From Candidatus Micrarchaeum sp. (lineage in GTDB: Archaea > SpSt-1190 > DYHY01), in NCBI GenBank assembly GCA_020723935.1, contig DYHY01000004.1, positions 7,634-71,633 of the forward strand: a stretch of 64,000 nucleotides of DNA, given 5' to 3'. The notes beneath the pieces were generated by a model, which saw nothing but the letters and a program-made list of their open reading frames with translations, was not told the DNA's origin and searched no databases. Shown here in pieces: positions 9,015-18,216 of this stretch (positions are counted from its first letter, which is position 1; each line of letters begins with the position of its first letter). Position numbers and translations under genes: made by a program.

Positions 9015-10000
9015 CTTATCTCTTTCCCGCCGTCCCGTTCGGAACCACGACCGAGCCGTCGGACAGGTTCCTATACGGCAGGCTGAATATCTCGACCGTC
9101 TGGAAGACGTACGTCCCGTCCCGCTCGACCGTCCCAACGTACTTCCAAGAGCCGTTCAGCGCCGGATACGCATCCACGTCGCCGTTCAGGATCGCCGTAG
9201 GGACGAGGAGTATCCCGTAGCGCGAGAGAAGCTCCTTCCCCCTCAGCCGAGAATATGTCGACGGATTTCTCGGCTTGCACGGCCGCCCCGACCTTGGCCA
9301 AGACCTTCTTGTGTATGGGCCCGGGATCGTAGCAGGACGCGCACGAGGCGTCGCGGACTATCGTGAGGTTGACGTACCCGACGGCCCGCCCGAGGGAAGC
9401 GTCGTAGTAAGGCGGAAGGGGTTTCTCGGCCACGTAGGCGGAACCGTCGGCTGAGAGGGGGGCCGTGCTGAAGATTCCGGGAAGGATGCCCTCGTACGCC
9501 GAAAGCTCCCCTGAGAGGACGACAGCGGGGAATTTCGAGAGGGAATACTCGAGCGCGAGCGAGCGTCCTTTGGGGGAAGACAGGTTCACCTGGCTGATGC
9601 TTCCCAAGCCCACCCCAGCTAGGCGCAGCTGGCTTAGGAACGGAAGGGAGCCCGCGCAGGACAGGGCATAGATTACGGAAACGTTCACTATTCCTGCGAC
9701 CGACCCGCTAGAGACGTCGAAGTAGAAGGGGTCTGGAGAGGAAAACACGATTGCGTCGCCAGAAAGCCTTCCGCCGGGAACCGCTTGCAGGGATTTCGCC
9801 TTCCCTATCTCGCCCGTCACGATCACCGCCGGAAGACGCGTTATCCCGTACCTGGAGATTAGGGGAGCAACCAGGGAGGAGCCGAAATCCAGGTCGTCTT
9901 GCGATGCCACCCGCACTCCGGCGGACTTGCGTATGGAATCTGCCAGGGCCGCGGGCGATGAGCACCTGCCGCAGTCGGCCTTGACTACTATGGTAGTCAT
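9015..10000 (-). CDS. protein with three tandem thioredoxin/glutaredoxin-like repeats (CGRC, degenerate SCAGS, CASC); C-terminal repeat in shifted frame
   Basis: MTTIVVKADCGRC...RYGITRLPAVIVTGE; YSLSKFPAVVLSGE; then SRYGILLVPTAILNGD only after a shift at a GGGGG run near 9240. Track ORF 9071..10000 ends in Arg-rich junk. Confidence 0.5.
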
Positions 10001-10269
10001 GGAGACGTCCGCCGGGAGGGGCGCTCCTGCTCGGTTCGGACGGCCGAGCCCAGGATTCTGGAGAGCGAGGAGGACGAGAGGAGGTCAACGGACGCGAACA
10101 TGACGAGGGCCGCCGCGAGGGCGAGTACGAGGCCTTCCCTCCTAAAAACCCCGGGAGGCTCCGGCCCGCGCGATTCCGCTGCCTGCCTACTGCTCCGCCT
10201 CGTCTCCATCGCCATCTCGCAAGTATTGTGCCCCGGGGGGCGCGCTCTCTTGATTCCTGAATAGAACAA
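9997..10269 (-). CDS. small single-TM protein, translationally coupled to the thioredoxin-fold gene
   Basis: Its stop overlaps the downstream ATG (ATGA). One hydrophobic helix LVLALAAALVMFASV. Confidence 0.3.
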   Translation of the reverse strand: MFYSGIKRARPPGHNTCEMAMETRRSSRQAAESRGPEPPGVFRREGLVLALAAALVMFASVDLLSSSSLSRILGSAVRTEQERPSRRTSP

Positions 10270-10319
10270 AGGAAGGGTCTTTTTTTGGGAAACGGAAATA
10301 ATCCCTCTGACGCCCTAAA

Positions 10320-10556
10320 CTAACAGCCACCCACCTGCTGGGGAAGACTCGCAAGGCTCTTGGGAACCGAGCCTCCCGACGCCGCGGCGATGCCTCCGCT
10401 GTTGCTGCCTGCGGCCTCGGACGCTGCGAAGAGCTCCCCGAGGGAAACCTTCCCGTCCGAGACCTTCGTCCTAAGCTCGTTCAGCTGGAACGTCTGCGCC
10501 GCGGAGACTACCACGAACACCGCGAGAATCGCCGCGAGTATCTTCGTCTGGTCCAT
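10320..10556 (-). CDS. small membrane-anchored protein ending in the SLPQQVGGC motif
   Basis: N-terminal TM ILAAILAVFVVVSAAQTF. C-terminus ...SLASLPQQVGGC followed by a stop. Confidence 0.45.
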   Translation of the reverse strand: MDQTKILAAILAVFVVVSAAQTFQLNELRTKVSDGKVSLGELFAASEAAGSNSGGIAAASGGSVPKSLASLPQQVGGC

Positions 10557-10603
10557 CTTTTTTCGACACCTCCTTGTCTTTCTTCTTTCCTGATCTGATT
10601 AGC

Positions 10604-11416
10604 TTAACACCCGCCGACCTGGCTCGGGAGGCTCGCGGCGCCCGGCCCCGCGTCCCCGCCCGCCACATTGAGACCCAAGGTAACCATGTCCTTGGGGAAG
10701 AACAGGGTCTTCCACTTCATCGCCTCGTAGAGTATCTGCCCGTCGGAGTAGTTCGGCCTGTTCGCCGAGAGCCAGAGGGCCACGGAGAGCATCGCCGGGT
10801 TGTGCTGGCAGCCGCAGAGCGAGTTGCCGTTGGAGTCAGCTCCGGTCGGCCCTATCCCGCAACAGTACTCGCAGGAAATGCCGACCGGCTTGGTAGCGAA
10901 GCCTATGAACCTCTGGAACGCCTCAGGGTTGTTCTTCTTTACGTCGTCCTTGAGGCTCGGATAGGATTTCGCGAGGAGGTCGAGCGACTTTATCGGGTCG
11001 TCGAAGCTCACTCCCATCTCGGTGCCGTACTCGGGGGTGCCCGTCGGGAACATCGCCGCCATCGCCCCATCGGCCGTCTTCATCTTGTCGAGGGGGAAGA
11101 CCGCGGCGATCGTGTCGGCCGTGGATTTTATCTTCGAGACGTCAACCTTGGAGAGGTCAGCTCCGTCGGAGCTCCCGGCCTGGAGGACGCTCGAGAGAAA
11201 CCCTATCGAGGGCCCTTTGGCCCCGCCGCTGCCGTAGAGGGCGCCGGATATCGCGAATATCTGGGCCTGGTTGACTGCGAGGAGTATCGCCGCTATGACA
11301 ATGAGCGCTATCACCGGGGCGCCCAGCCTCATCGCGCCGGATTCCCTCTCTGCCGCCCCCTTCTCGGGAGCTGCCTTGGCCGCAGTAGCTTGCGTAGCAT
11401 GATGCCTTTCCGCCAT
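10604..11416 (-). CDS. membrane-anchored Cys-rich protein ending in SLPSQVGGC (paralog of 10320..10556)
   Basis: TM VIALIVIAAILLAVNQAQIF. Middle domain with CEYCCGIGPTG...CGCQHNP. C-terminus AASLPSQVGGC. Start possibly the internal Met at 11332. Confidence 0.5.
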   Translation of the reverse strand: MAERHHATQATAAKAAPEKGAAERESGAMRLGAPVIALIVIAAILLAVNQAQIFAISGALYGSGGAKGPSIGFLSSVLQAGSSDGADLSKVDVSKIKSTADTIAAVFPLDKMKTADGAMAAMFPTGTPEYGTEMGVSFDDPIKSLDLLAKSYPSLKDDVKKNNPEAFQRFIGFATKPVGISCEYCCGIGPTGADSNGNSLCGCQHNPAMLSVALWLSANRPNYSDGQILYEAMKWKTLFFPKDMVTLGLNVAGGDAGPGAASLPSQVGGC

Positions 11417-11466
11417 TTTCGGTCCGGTCGAGAACGCTGCCCCTATATTTAAAAGGGGGGAAATAA

Positions 11467-11486
11467 CCGTGAAAAAACAGTGAAAG
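11467..11486 (+). promoter_or_regulatory. 20-bp motif CCGTGAAAAAACAGTGAAAG (direct GTGAAA half-sites) overlapping the regulator start codon; TATATTTAAAA box upstream
   Basis: Reverse-complement copy at 13252..13272. AT-rich box at about 11441-11452 in a divergent intergenic region. Confidence 0.45.
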
Positions 11487-13228
11487 AAGGGGAAAACCAG
11501 CCTGCCGCGCAGCAGCGGGGCGTTTTCGCGAGCCAGAGGTCGGTCCTGGCGCTCTCCTTGGCGCTCCTCCTGATGGGCGCGGTGGTCCTGGTGAACTTCC
11601 TGTCCTTCTCCAAGGTCGGGGGGGTTATGGAAAGCCAGCTCCTGGACCGCCAGCAGATAGCGGCCGACTACGCGGCGTCAAGGATCGAGGAGCACATCCA
11701 TCAGGTCAGTATGGAGGTGACGACGCTTTCCAGCTTCCCCGCGCTGAAGAACCTCGACCTGAGCCAGTGCAGCGGGGACGTGAAAATAATACACCCCAGC
11801 CTCGAGGGCAAGACGAAGGTACTCCTGCGGGTTGACGCTCTCGGGAACATCGTGGAATGCTCGTCCCCGAATTACAAGGGATACGTTGGCTTGAACGTCA
11901 GGAACAAGGACTATTTCAAAGTCCCGGCCGAGACGGGGGCTTCCTATGTCTCGGGCCTCGCGAGGGACGGGAGCGACTACAATGTCTTCGTCTCCGCCCC
12001 CATCTTCGAGGGGGGGTCTGGAGGAACATACCCCAATAACGGCGAGTTCGGGGGAATACTCCTAAGCATCGTGGGCCTCCAGGACCTCTACGACCTCTAC
12101 ATACACCCAATAGGGCCGATGGGCAGGGACCTCTTCGTCCTCGCGAGCGTGGATGCGGGCGACACCGTGATGAAAAGCCAGGGCGCCCCTGACCTGGGCG
12201 GCCTCGGCAAGGTGCACGAGATAAGGGATTATGCCGGGACGGGCAGGACCATAGCCGTCTCCTCCGACCTCTCCCTCGGGAGCGAGAAGTTTCGCCTCTT
12301 CATCCTCACACCCCTCGCCAACGCAGACAAGGAGATACGGGACGTCAGAGCGGGCTACCTGTTCTCCCTGTTCTTGGCCGTTTCGGCCATCCTGGGCGCC
12401 CTCCTTCTCGCGGCTTCGGCGTACCTGTCGCGCGAGAGGATAAGGACGCAGCTCGCGCGGACCACAGAGACGCTCGAGAGCCTCGGGATCACGGTCGAGA
12501 CGGAACGGAGCGGATATTCTCCTACCGACATCGTCCTCGAGCCCCACAAGGTCTACCTCCTTAAGGAGGACGGGGAGACGAGCCCCCACGACCTCTTCAT
12601 TGGGATGCTCTCACATGGCTTCGCGGGCCTCGGCATAGTGAGGGACGACCCCAGGGAGCTGCGGAAGAAGTACAGCCTCAAGAAGACTTCGTTCATATGG
12701 CTCTCGGAGGCGGGCGGGGGCCGGGGCGTCCCGGCCGAGACCAAGATCGAGACGCTCCTCGGCCTCGCCAGGGAGTTTGTGGAGAGGAGCGAGAAGAGCG
12801 TCATATTGATAGACCGGCTCGACTACCTGATATTCGAGAACGGCTTCGAGCGGGTCCTCAAGGCGGTGTACGCCCTCCGCGACCTCGTCGCGAGGAGGAA
12901 GTGCGTCGTGATAATCTCGGCCAACCCCGCGGTCATACCCAAGGAGCAGATGGAGGCGTTCAGCGCGGAGACGATCGACCTCTTCGGCGGCAGGGCCGGG
13001 GCCGGCCTCTCCAAGGACGAGGCCGAGCTGCTCTCGTTCGTGAACGAGGGGAACGTCGCGAGCAGGCTCGTCTCCTACACGGACGTGACGGAGCAGCTTG
13101 GGATAACGAAGCCCACCGCCCGAGCCAAGATCCGGCGCCTGCAGGACGCGGGCTTCCTCTCCGTCGAGAAGGTCGGGCGGGTGAAGGCCGTGCGGATAAC
13201 GTCCCTGGGCAGGAAAATCATTTCCTGA
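11480..13228 (+). CDS. membrane-bound one-component regulator: N-terminal TM, extracytoplasmic sensor domain, second TM, DUF835-like (P-loop-less RecA/KaiC-like) domain, C-terminal winged HTH
   Basis: TM helices at about 22-42 and 295-318. Cytoplasmic part has IWLSE...VILIDRLDYLIFENGFE...CVVIISANPAVI. C-terminus ...QLGITKPTARAKIRRLQDAGFLSVEKVGR. GTG start. Confidence 0.65.
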   Translation: MKEGENQPAAQQRGVFASQRSVLALSLALLLMGAVVLVNFLSFSKVGGVMESQLLDRQQIAADYAASRIEEHIHQVSMEVTTLSSFPALKNLDLSQCSGDVKIIHPSLEGKTKVLLRVDALGNIVECSSPNYKGYVGLNVRNKDYFKVPAETGASYVSGLARDGSDYNVFVSAPIFEGGSGGTYPNNGEFGGILLSIVGLQDLYDLYIHPIGPMGRDLFVLASVDAGDTVMKSQGAPDLGGLGKVHEIRDYAGTGRTIAVSSDLSLGSEKFRLFILTPLANADKEIRDVRAGYLFSLFLAVSAILGALLLAASAYLSRERIRTQLARTTETLESLGITVETERSGYSPTDIVLEPHKVYLLKEDGETSPHDLFIGMLSHGFAGLGIVRDDPRELRKKYSLKKTSFIWLSEAGGGRGVPAETKIETLLGLAREFVERSEKSVILIDRLDYLIFENGFERVLKAVYALRDLVARRKCVVIISANPAVIPKEQMEAFSAETIDLFGGRAGAGLSKDEAELLSFVNEGNVASRLVSYTDVTEQLGITKPTARAKIRRLQDAGFLSVEKVGRVKAVRITSLGRKIIS

Positions 13229-13251
13229 CATTCTCGGCGGTTTGCCGGCGG

Positions 13252-13272
13252 CTTTTCACTGTTTTTTCACGG
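13252..13272 (-). promoter_or_regulatory. inverted copy of the 20-bp GTGAAA motif, 45 nt upstream of the 13316 operon
   Basis: cttttcactgttttttcacgg is the reverse complement of ccgtgaaaaaacagtgaaaag. TTTAATAT box follows at about 13296. Confidence 0.45.
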
Positions 13273-13315
13273 TTGTTTCGCCTTGCTTTAATATGGTGCT
13301 TTCTCCGTTCCCCGC

Positions 13316-13915
13316 ATGGAAAACGAAAGCAAGGCCGCAATCCCGGTGCTCGCCGTTGCCGCGCTCGCGGTATTATTGGCGCTCTTCGCGCTCCCCCTCG
13401 CGGGGGCGTATGCGTACGAGGGGAACTTCACCAAGGAGGCTCTCGCGATAATAGCGGCGAATGTGTCGTGCGGCTCGATAACCGAAGCACAGCTCGAGAC
13501 CCTGGGCGAATACTACAAGGAGCTCATGCATCCGGGCGCGGCCCACGAGGCTATGGACCAGATGATGGGTGGCGAGGGGTCTGAGTCCCTGCGGCAGGCG
13601 CACGTCGGAATGGGCCGGGCGTTCCACTGCGGCGCTTCGGGAAGCTTCAGGGGGATGATGGGCCTCGGCTACAGGATGGGCATGATGGGCGGTCCTTATT
13701 ACGGGGGATACACCGGCTACGGCGGGGGGATGATGGGCGCGTCCTATGCTACTCCTTGGTATCTGGTGCTCGTCAACGTCCTCTACTTGCTCCTCCTCCT
13801 GGGTGCGGTGATTTTGGTCTTCATCTGGGTCGTGCGGTCCTGGAGGGCGCTCAACAGCGGCGCCCGGCAGGAAGCCGGGAGCGGCCCGGTAAGGAAGCCT
13901 GCGAGGCGGAAATAA
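13316..13915 (+). CDS. secreted, C-terminally anchored Met/Gly-rich protein (Met-motif Cu-binding type)
   Basis: Signal peptide. MMGGEG, GMMGLGYRMGMMGGPYYGGYTGYGGGMMG. C-terminal TM helix. Confidence 0.5.
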   Translation: MENESKAAIPVLAVAALAVLLALFALPLAGAYAYEGNFTKEALAIIAANVSCGSITEAQLETLGEYYKELMHPGAAHEAMDQMMGGEGSESLRQAHVGMGRAFHCGASGSFRGMMGLGYRMGMMGGPYYGGYTGYGGGMMGASYATPWYLVLVNVLYLLLLLGAVILVFIWVVRSWRALNSGARQEAGSGPVRKPARRK

Positions 13916-13916
13916 G

Positions 13917-14582
13917 TTGGGCGGAACGGACGGAAAGGCGGCGGACGCCGTCTTCTACGCAATACTCATCGTTGCGGCTGCCGGGGCGACGGGAATAGCC
14001 ATCCTGTCGGCATTACAGCCTCCCTCCCCGGCAGCCCCAACTTCATTCGGCCCGCGCGCAACGAAGCTCACCTCATTCGACATATCGCTCGCGCAGGGGA
14101 TGATGGACAGAAACGGCGACGGGAAATGCGATTCCATGGGATCGTCGGTCGAGGGCGAGATCCTCGCGAACAGGCTCCAGTGCATGGGCGACCCCAACGC
14201 GACGATAGGGCAGCTCGGCTCCTCGCACCACCACGCGGACTTCAAGGTCTACGTAAACGGGCTGCCGACGGATTTCAACGACCCGAAATACTTCGTCAGG
14301 AGCTCGTTCGCCCATGTGGAGCCCGACGAGGTTTTGGGGGCGACCGGGACCGTCTTGCACCTCCACGCGACGGGAGTCCCGTTATGGGTCTTCTTTAAGA
14401 GTGTGGGGATGGACCTGGACGGGGCGAAGATCCTCGTGAACGGCGCGGAGAGTGGTCTGCTAGGGGACTATGCGCCGTCAAACGGCGACAGGATACTGGT
14501 GTCTTACGGAAACGCTACGCAAGGGGAACTGAAGAGAGAAATGGACAGCGTCACTGACTACGCGGCGATGGGGAGGGTCTGA
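13917..14582 (+). CDS. secreted protein with His motifs (SSHHHADFKVYVNG, HLHATG)
   Basis: N-terminal TM/signal. No recognisable family. Lies inside the copper gene set. Confidence 0.45.
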   Translation: MGGTDGKAADAVFYAILIVAAAGATGIAILSALQPPSPAAPTSFGPRATKLTSFDISLAQGMMDRNGDGKCDSMGSSVEGEILANRLQCMGDPNATIGQLGSSHHHADFKVYVNGLPTDFNDPKYFVRSSFAHVEPDEVLGATGTVLHLHATGVPLWVFFKSVGMDLDGAKILVNGAESGLLGDYAPSNGDRILVSYGNATQGELKREMDSVTDYAAMGRV

Positions 14583-14584
14583 AA

Positions 14585-15526
14585 ATGACTTCCACTGGCG
14601 CCTACATTTTCTCGTACCTGCTCTATATGGCGGTGCTCTCGGGCGCCGCCCTCTACGTCTGGAAGTACAGGAAGGGCCTCGACGAGATGTACGGCATGAT
14701 GATGGGAATGACGTTTGGCACGGTCGCAGGTCTTGCGACCGGCCTCTTCTACGCCCTCCCGAGCGGCGACTTTGTCGGCGGGGCGATTGTCGGGACCGTG
14801 GCCGGGCTCCTCTTCGGGATACTGCTAGGGGTGATCGGCGGGCCCCTCGGGATAATGGAGGGCGTTATGGGCGCCTTCATGGGGGGCTTCATGGGCTCGA
14901 TGACGGGGCAGATGGCGCGCCCGTTCCCGCTGGGCGCGTTCTCTCCGGTCTTCGCGGCGATATTCCTCGCGATGATGGCGGGGATCACCTATGCCGCGGA
15001 AACGGGCAAGACCTGCTGCGCTCCCGCGGGGGGTAAGCCGGAGGCGCCCGAGAGGCCGAAGCTGGTGAACCCGTCGGGCAAGTTCGTCGCCACGTGGACA
15101 GTCGTCGCCGCAATCCTCCTCTTCGCGAGCTTCGCGATAGACCTCTCGCCGTACTCCGCACAGGGCGCCCAGTCGACTGGCACGCAGAGCACGGCTCTTC
15201 CGGCGTCGCTTCGGGCGCTCACGGAGGAGCAGCAGACCCAGGCAGTCCAAAAGGACGGCTACCAGGAAGCGTCATTTAGGGTGACCGCGGGGAGGTACAC
15301 GCCTAACGTCATAGTCGTCAAGGCTGGGACGCCGCTTAGGCTGAACATCGCAGCAGACAGGAACGCCGGATGCGGGACTGACATCGTCTTCCCGGATCTC
15401 AGGGTGCGCTCGCTCATCCCCCCGGGGACGTCCAAGACGGTCGAGGTGGGGACCCCGTCCGCGGGGAACCATTCGTTCTCCTGCTCCATGGGCATGTTCC
15501 GCGGAAAAATCGTCGCGGTCGGTTAG
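14585..15526 (+). CDS. Met-rich polytopic membrane protein with C-terminal cupredoxin-like domain
   Basis: MMMGMTFG...GVMGAFMGGFMGSMTGQM TM region. C-terminal VKAGTPLRLNI...CGTDIVFPDL...HSFSCSMGMFRGKIVAV. Confidence 0.55.
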   Translation: MTSTGAYIFSYLLYMAVLSGAALYVWKYRKGLDEMYGMMMGMTFGTVAGLATGLFYALPSGDFVGGAIVGTVAGLLFGILLGVIGGPLGIMEGVMGAFMGGFMGSMTGQMARPFPLGAFSPVFAAIFLAMMAGITYAAETGKTCCAPAGGKPEAPERPKLVNPSGKFVATWTVVAAILLFASFAIDLSPYSAQGAQSTGTQSTALPASLRALTEEQQTQAVQKDGYQEASFRVTAGRYTPNVIVVKAGTPLRLNIAADRNAGCGTDIVFPDLRVRSLIPPGTSKTVEVGTPSAGNHSFSCSMGMFRGKIVAVG

Positions 15527-15556
15527 TCAGTTAAAAAGAGGTAAAGGGGGAGAAGA

Positions 15557-18196
15557 GTGAAAATGGCGATGGAAAAGGATCCTATATGCGGCATGAATGT
15601 CGACCCGCGGACCGCGAGGTTCAAGGGCGAGAAGAGTGGGAGGACATACTACTTCTGCAGCAAGTCCTGCATGGACGCTTTCCTGGGGGGCGGCGAGGAG
15701 GGCGTGGGGGAAGAGGGGCGCCATCGCGGCGACGGGGAACCGGAATCCGGGAAGGAAGAAGGACTCCCGCAAAAAGGCCCGCCGAAGAGGATGTTCAGGA
15801 TAAAGGGCATGCACTGCGCTAGCTGCGCGATAACGATAGAGAACAACCTCAAGAAGCTCCCAGACACCAGGGCGAGCGTCAACTACGCCTCCGAGAAGGC
15901 CTATGTCGAGGGGCCCGCGACCGACGCGCGGGTCATGGCGCGCGTGAAGGAGGCTGGCTACGAGGCGATCCCGGCTTCCGACAGGCCGGGGGAGATGGTC
16001 CTTGAGATATCCGGGATGGATTCCATGCACTGCGTCGGGATCGTCGAGAGCTCGCTCAAGCGCGTGCACGGGGTCTCCGAAGTCAAGGTCAACCTCGCCA
16101 CGGGCAAGGCGAGGGTCGCGTTCGACCCGGCAAGGGCCCATGCAAGCGACCTCGTCAAGGCTGTGAAAGCCGTCGGCTACGGCGCGATGGCGTCTAGCGA
16201 GAAGCGCGACGAGCACGCCGAGGAGCAGCGGGCGGAGATACGCTCCTACCTCTCCCGGATAGCGGTATCTTTCTTCTTCGCAATCCCTCTCCTCTACCTC
16301 TCGATGGGGATGCTCGTGGGCCTCCCGGTGCCGGAGTTCAAACCGTTCGAGCTGGGGCTCCTGGAGCTGGCGCTCGCTACGCCTGTGATAGTCGCGGGCC
16401 GGGGCTTCTACACGCGCGGCTTCAAGTCGCTCGCGAACCTCACGCCCAACATGGATTCTCTCGTCGCCATAGGGACGGGGGCTGCATACGTCTACAGCGT
16501 CTACGGCGTCGTCTCAGCGTACTACGGCGCGTCGCCGGAATACTATTTCGAGGTATCCGCGCTCCTGATAGCTTTCATACTCCTCGGGAAATACCTGGAA
16601 TCGGCCGCAAAGGGCAGGACGTCGGAAGCGATAAAGAAGCTAATCGGCCGGCAGGCCAAGACGGCGACCGTCGTCCATCACGGAGTCGAGACCGAGATCC
16701 CAATAGAGGAAGTGGCGATCGGCGACATCGTCATCGTCAAGCCCGGCCAGAAGATACCTGTGGACGGGACCGTCACCGAAGGGAGGTCCACCGTCGACGA
16801 GAGCATGATAACGGGCGAGAGCGTCCCCGTCGGGAAGGGCCCGGGGGACGCCGTGATAGGTGCGACGATGAATAAGACCGGCGCCTTCAGGTTCAAGGCA
16901 GAGAAGATAGGCGCCGACACGATGCTCGCGCAGATAGTGCGGATGGTTGAGGAGGCTCAGGGATCCAAGGCGCCGATACAGGCGCTCGCCGACAGGGTCT
17001 CGGCCTATTTCGTCCCGGCGGTCGTCGGAATCGCCCTCGTATCTTTCCTCGCGTGGCTCTTCCTCGCGGGCAAGCCGTTCCCGTTCGCCCTCACGATATT
17101 CATATCCGTCCTGATAATCGCCTGTCCCTGCGCCCTGGGCCTCGCGACGCCCACGGCCGTGATGATGGGGACGGAGAAGGGGGCCGAGAACGGGATACTC
17201 ATCAAGACGGCCGAGGCCCTGCAGATGGCCGGGAGCGTCGGAACGGTCGTCTTCGACAAGACCGGGACTCTCACAAAGGGCGAGCCTTCCGTGCCGGACG
17301 TCGCAACGGTCGCAGGCGGCGAGGAGAACGACGCCCTCGACTACGCGGCGGCCATAGAGAAGAACTCCGAGCATCCCCTGGGCGAAGCGATAGTGAGGTT
17401 CGCCGCCGAGAAGGGCATAAGGCCGGAGGCCGTGAACGAGTTCAGCTCGATCACGGGGAAGGGCATCAAGGCGTTCTACAGGAACAAGCTAGTGCACCTG
17501 GGCAACAGGGCGCTCATGGATTCGGAGGGGATCCCCTACCGCGCGTACGAGGACAAGACGTCCGGGCTCGAGGGCGAGGGGAAGACAGTCATGTTCCTCG
17601 CGGTCGACAGGAAGGTGATCTCGCTCATCGCGGTCGCGGACACCCTCAAGGAGCATTCGAAGGAGGCCGTCGCCGAGCTCGGGAGGCTCGGGATAGAGAC
17701 GGCCATGATAACGGGCGACAACGAGCGGACGGCCAAGGCGATAGCCTCGCAGGTCGGGATAAAGACCGTCCTCGCGCAGGTCCTTCCCGGCGAGAAGGCC
17801 GAGAAGGTGAAGAGCCTCCAGGAGGGGGGGAAGCGCAAGGTCGCGATGGTCGGGGACGGGATAAACGACGCGCCCGCGCTCACCCAGGCAGACGTGGGGA
17901 TAGCGATAGGCTCAGGGACCGACGTCGCGATCGAGTCAGGGGGGATAGTCCTCGTCAAGGACGACCTGCGCGACGTCGTGAAGGCGATACGCCTGAGCAA
18001 GTACACGATGGGGAAGATCAGGCAGAACCTCTTCTGGGCGTTCTTCTACAACCTGATCGGGATTCCGGTGGCCGCGGGCGCGCTCTTCCCGTTCACGGGC
18101 GGGCTGCTCAACCCCGTGGTAGCCGGCGCCGCCATGGCTTTCAGCAGCGTGAGCGTTGTCACGAACACGCTGACTATGAAGGGGTTCAAGTTGTAG
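15557..18196 (+). CDS. copA: copper-translocating P1B-type ATPase with N-terminal TRASH/YHS domain and two HMA domains
   Basis: DPICGMNV...[12 protein letters not shown]; two GMxCxxC HMA motifs; [10 protein letters not shown]; DKTGTLT; [10 protein letters not shown]. Confidence 0.9.
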   Translation: MKMAMEKDPICGMNVDPRTARFKGEKSGRTYYFCSKSCMDAFLGGGEEGVGEEGRHRGDGEPESGKEEGLPQKGPPKRMFRIKGMHCASCAITIENNLKKLPDTRASVNYASEKAYVEGPATDARVMARVKEAGYEAIPASDRPGEMVLEISGMDSMHCVGIVESSLKRVHGVSEVKVNLATGKARVAFDPARAHASDLVKAVKAVGYGAMASSEKRDEHAEEQRAEIRSYLSRIAVSFFFAIPLLYLSMGMLVGLPVPEFKPFELGLLELALATPVIVAGRGFYTRGFKSLANLTPNMDSLVAIGTGAAYVYSVYGVVSAYYGASPEYYFEVSALLIAFILLGKYLESAAKGRTSEAIKKLIGRQAKTATVVHHGVETEIPIEEVAIGDIVIVKPGQKIPVDGTVTEGRSTVDESMITGESVPVGKGPGDAVIGATMNKTGAFRFKAEKIGADTMLAQIVRMVEEAQGSKAPIQALADRVSAYFVPAVVGIALVSFLAWLFLAGKPFPFALTIFISVLIIACPCALGLATPTAVMMGTEKGAENGILIKTAEALQMAGSVGTVVFDKTGTLTKGEPSVPDVATVAGGEENDALDYAAAIEKNSEHPLGEAIVRFAAEKGIRPEAVNEFSSITGKGIKAFYRNKLVHLGNRALMDSEGIPYRAYEDKTSGLEGEGKTVMFLAVDRKVISLIAVADTLKEHSKEAVAELGRLGIETAMITGDNERTAKAIASQVGIKTVLAQVLPGEKAEKVKSLQEGGKRKVAMVGDGINDAPALTQADVGIAIGSGTDVAIESGGIVLVKDDLRDVVKAIRLSKYTMGKIRQNLFWAFFYNLIGIPVAAGALFPFTGGLLNPVVAGAAMAFSSVSVVTNTLTMKGFKL

Positions 18197-18216
18197 TAAG
18201 GGCCGCCCGCATCGGG

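Noticed and set aside
8567-9220. Acidic EDEEEGDEEE-repeat ORF on the plus strand
   Set aside because: It is the antisense reading of the Ser-rich linker repeats of the cupredoxin lipoprotein gene.
11467-13272. The inverted 20-bp motifs flanking the regulator gene as terminal inverted repeats of a MITE or IS
   Set aside because: The enclosed gene is a regulator, not a transposase, and there are no target-site duplications. Placement at two promoters fits an operator better.
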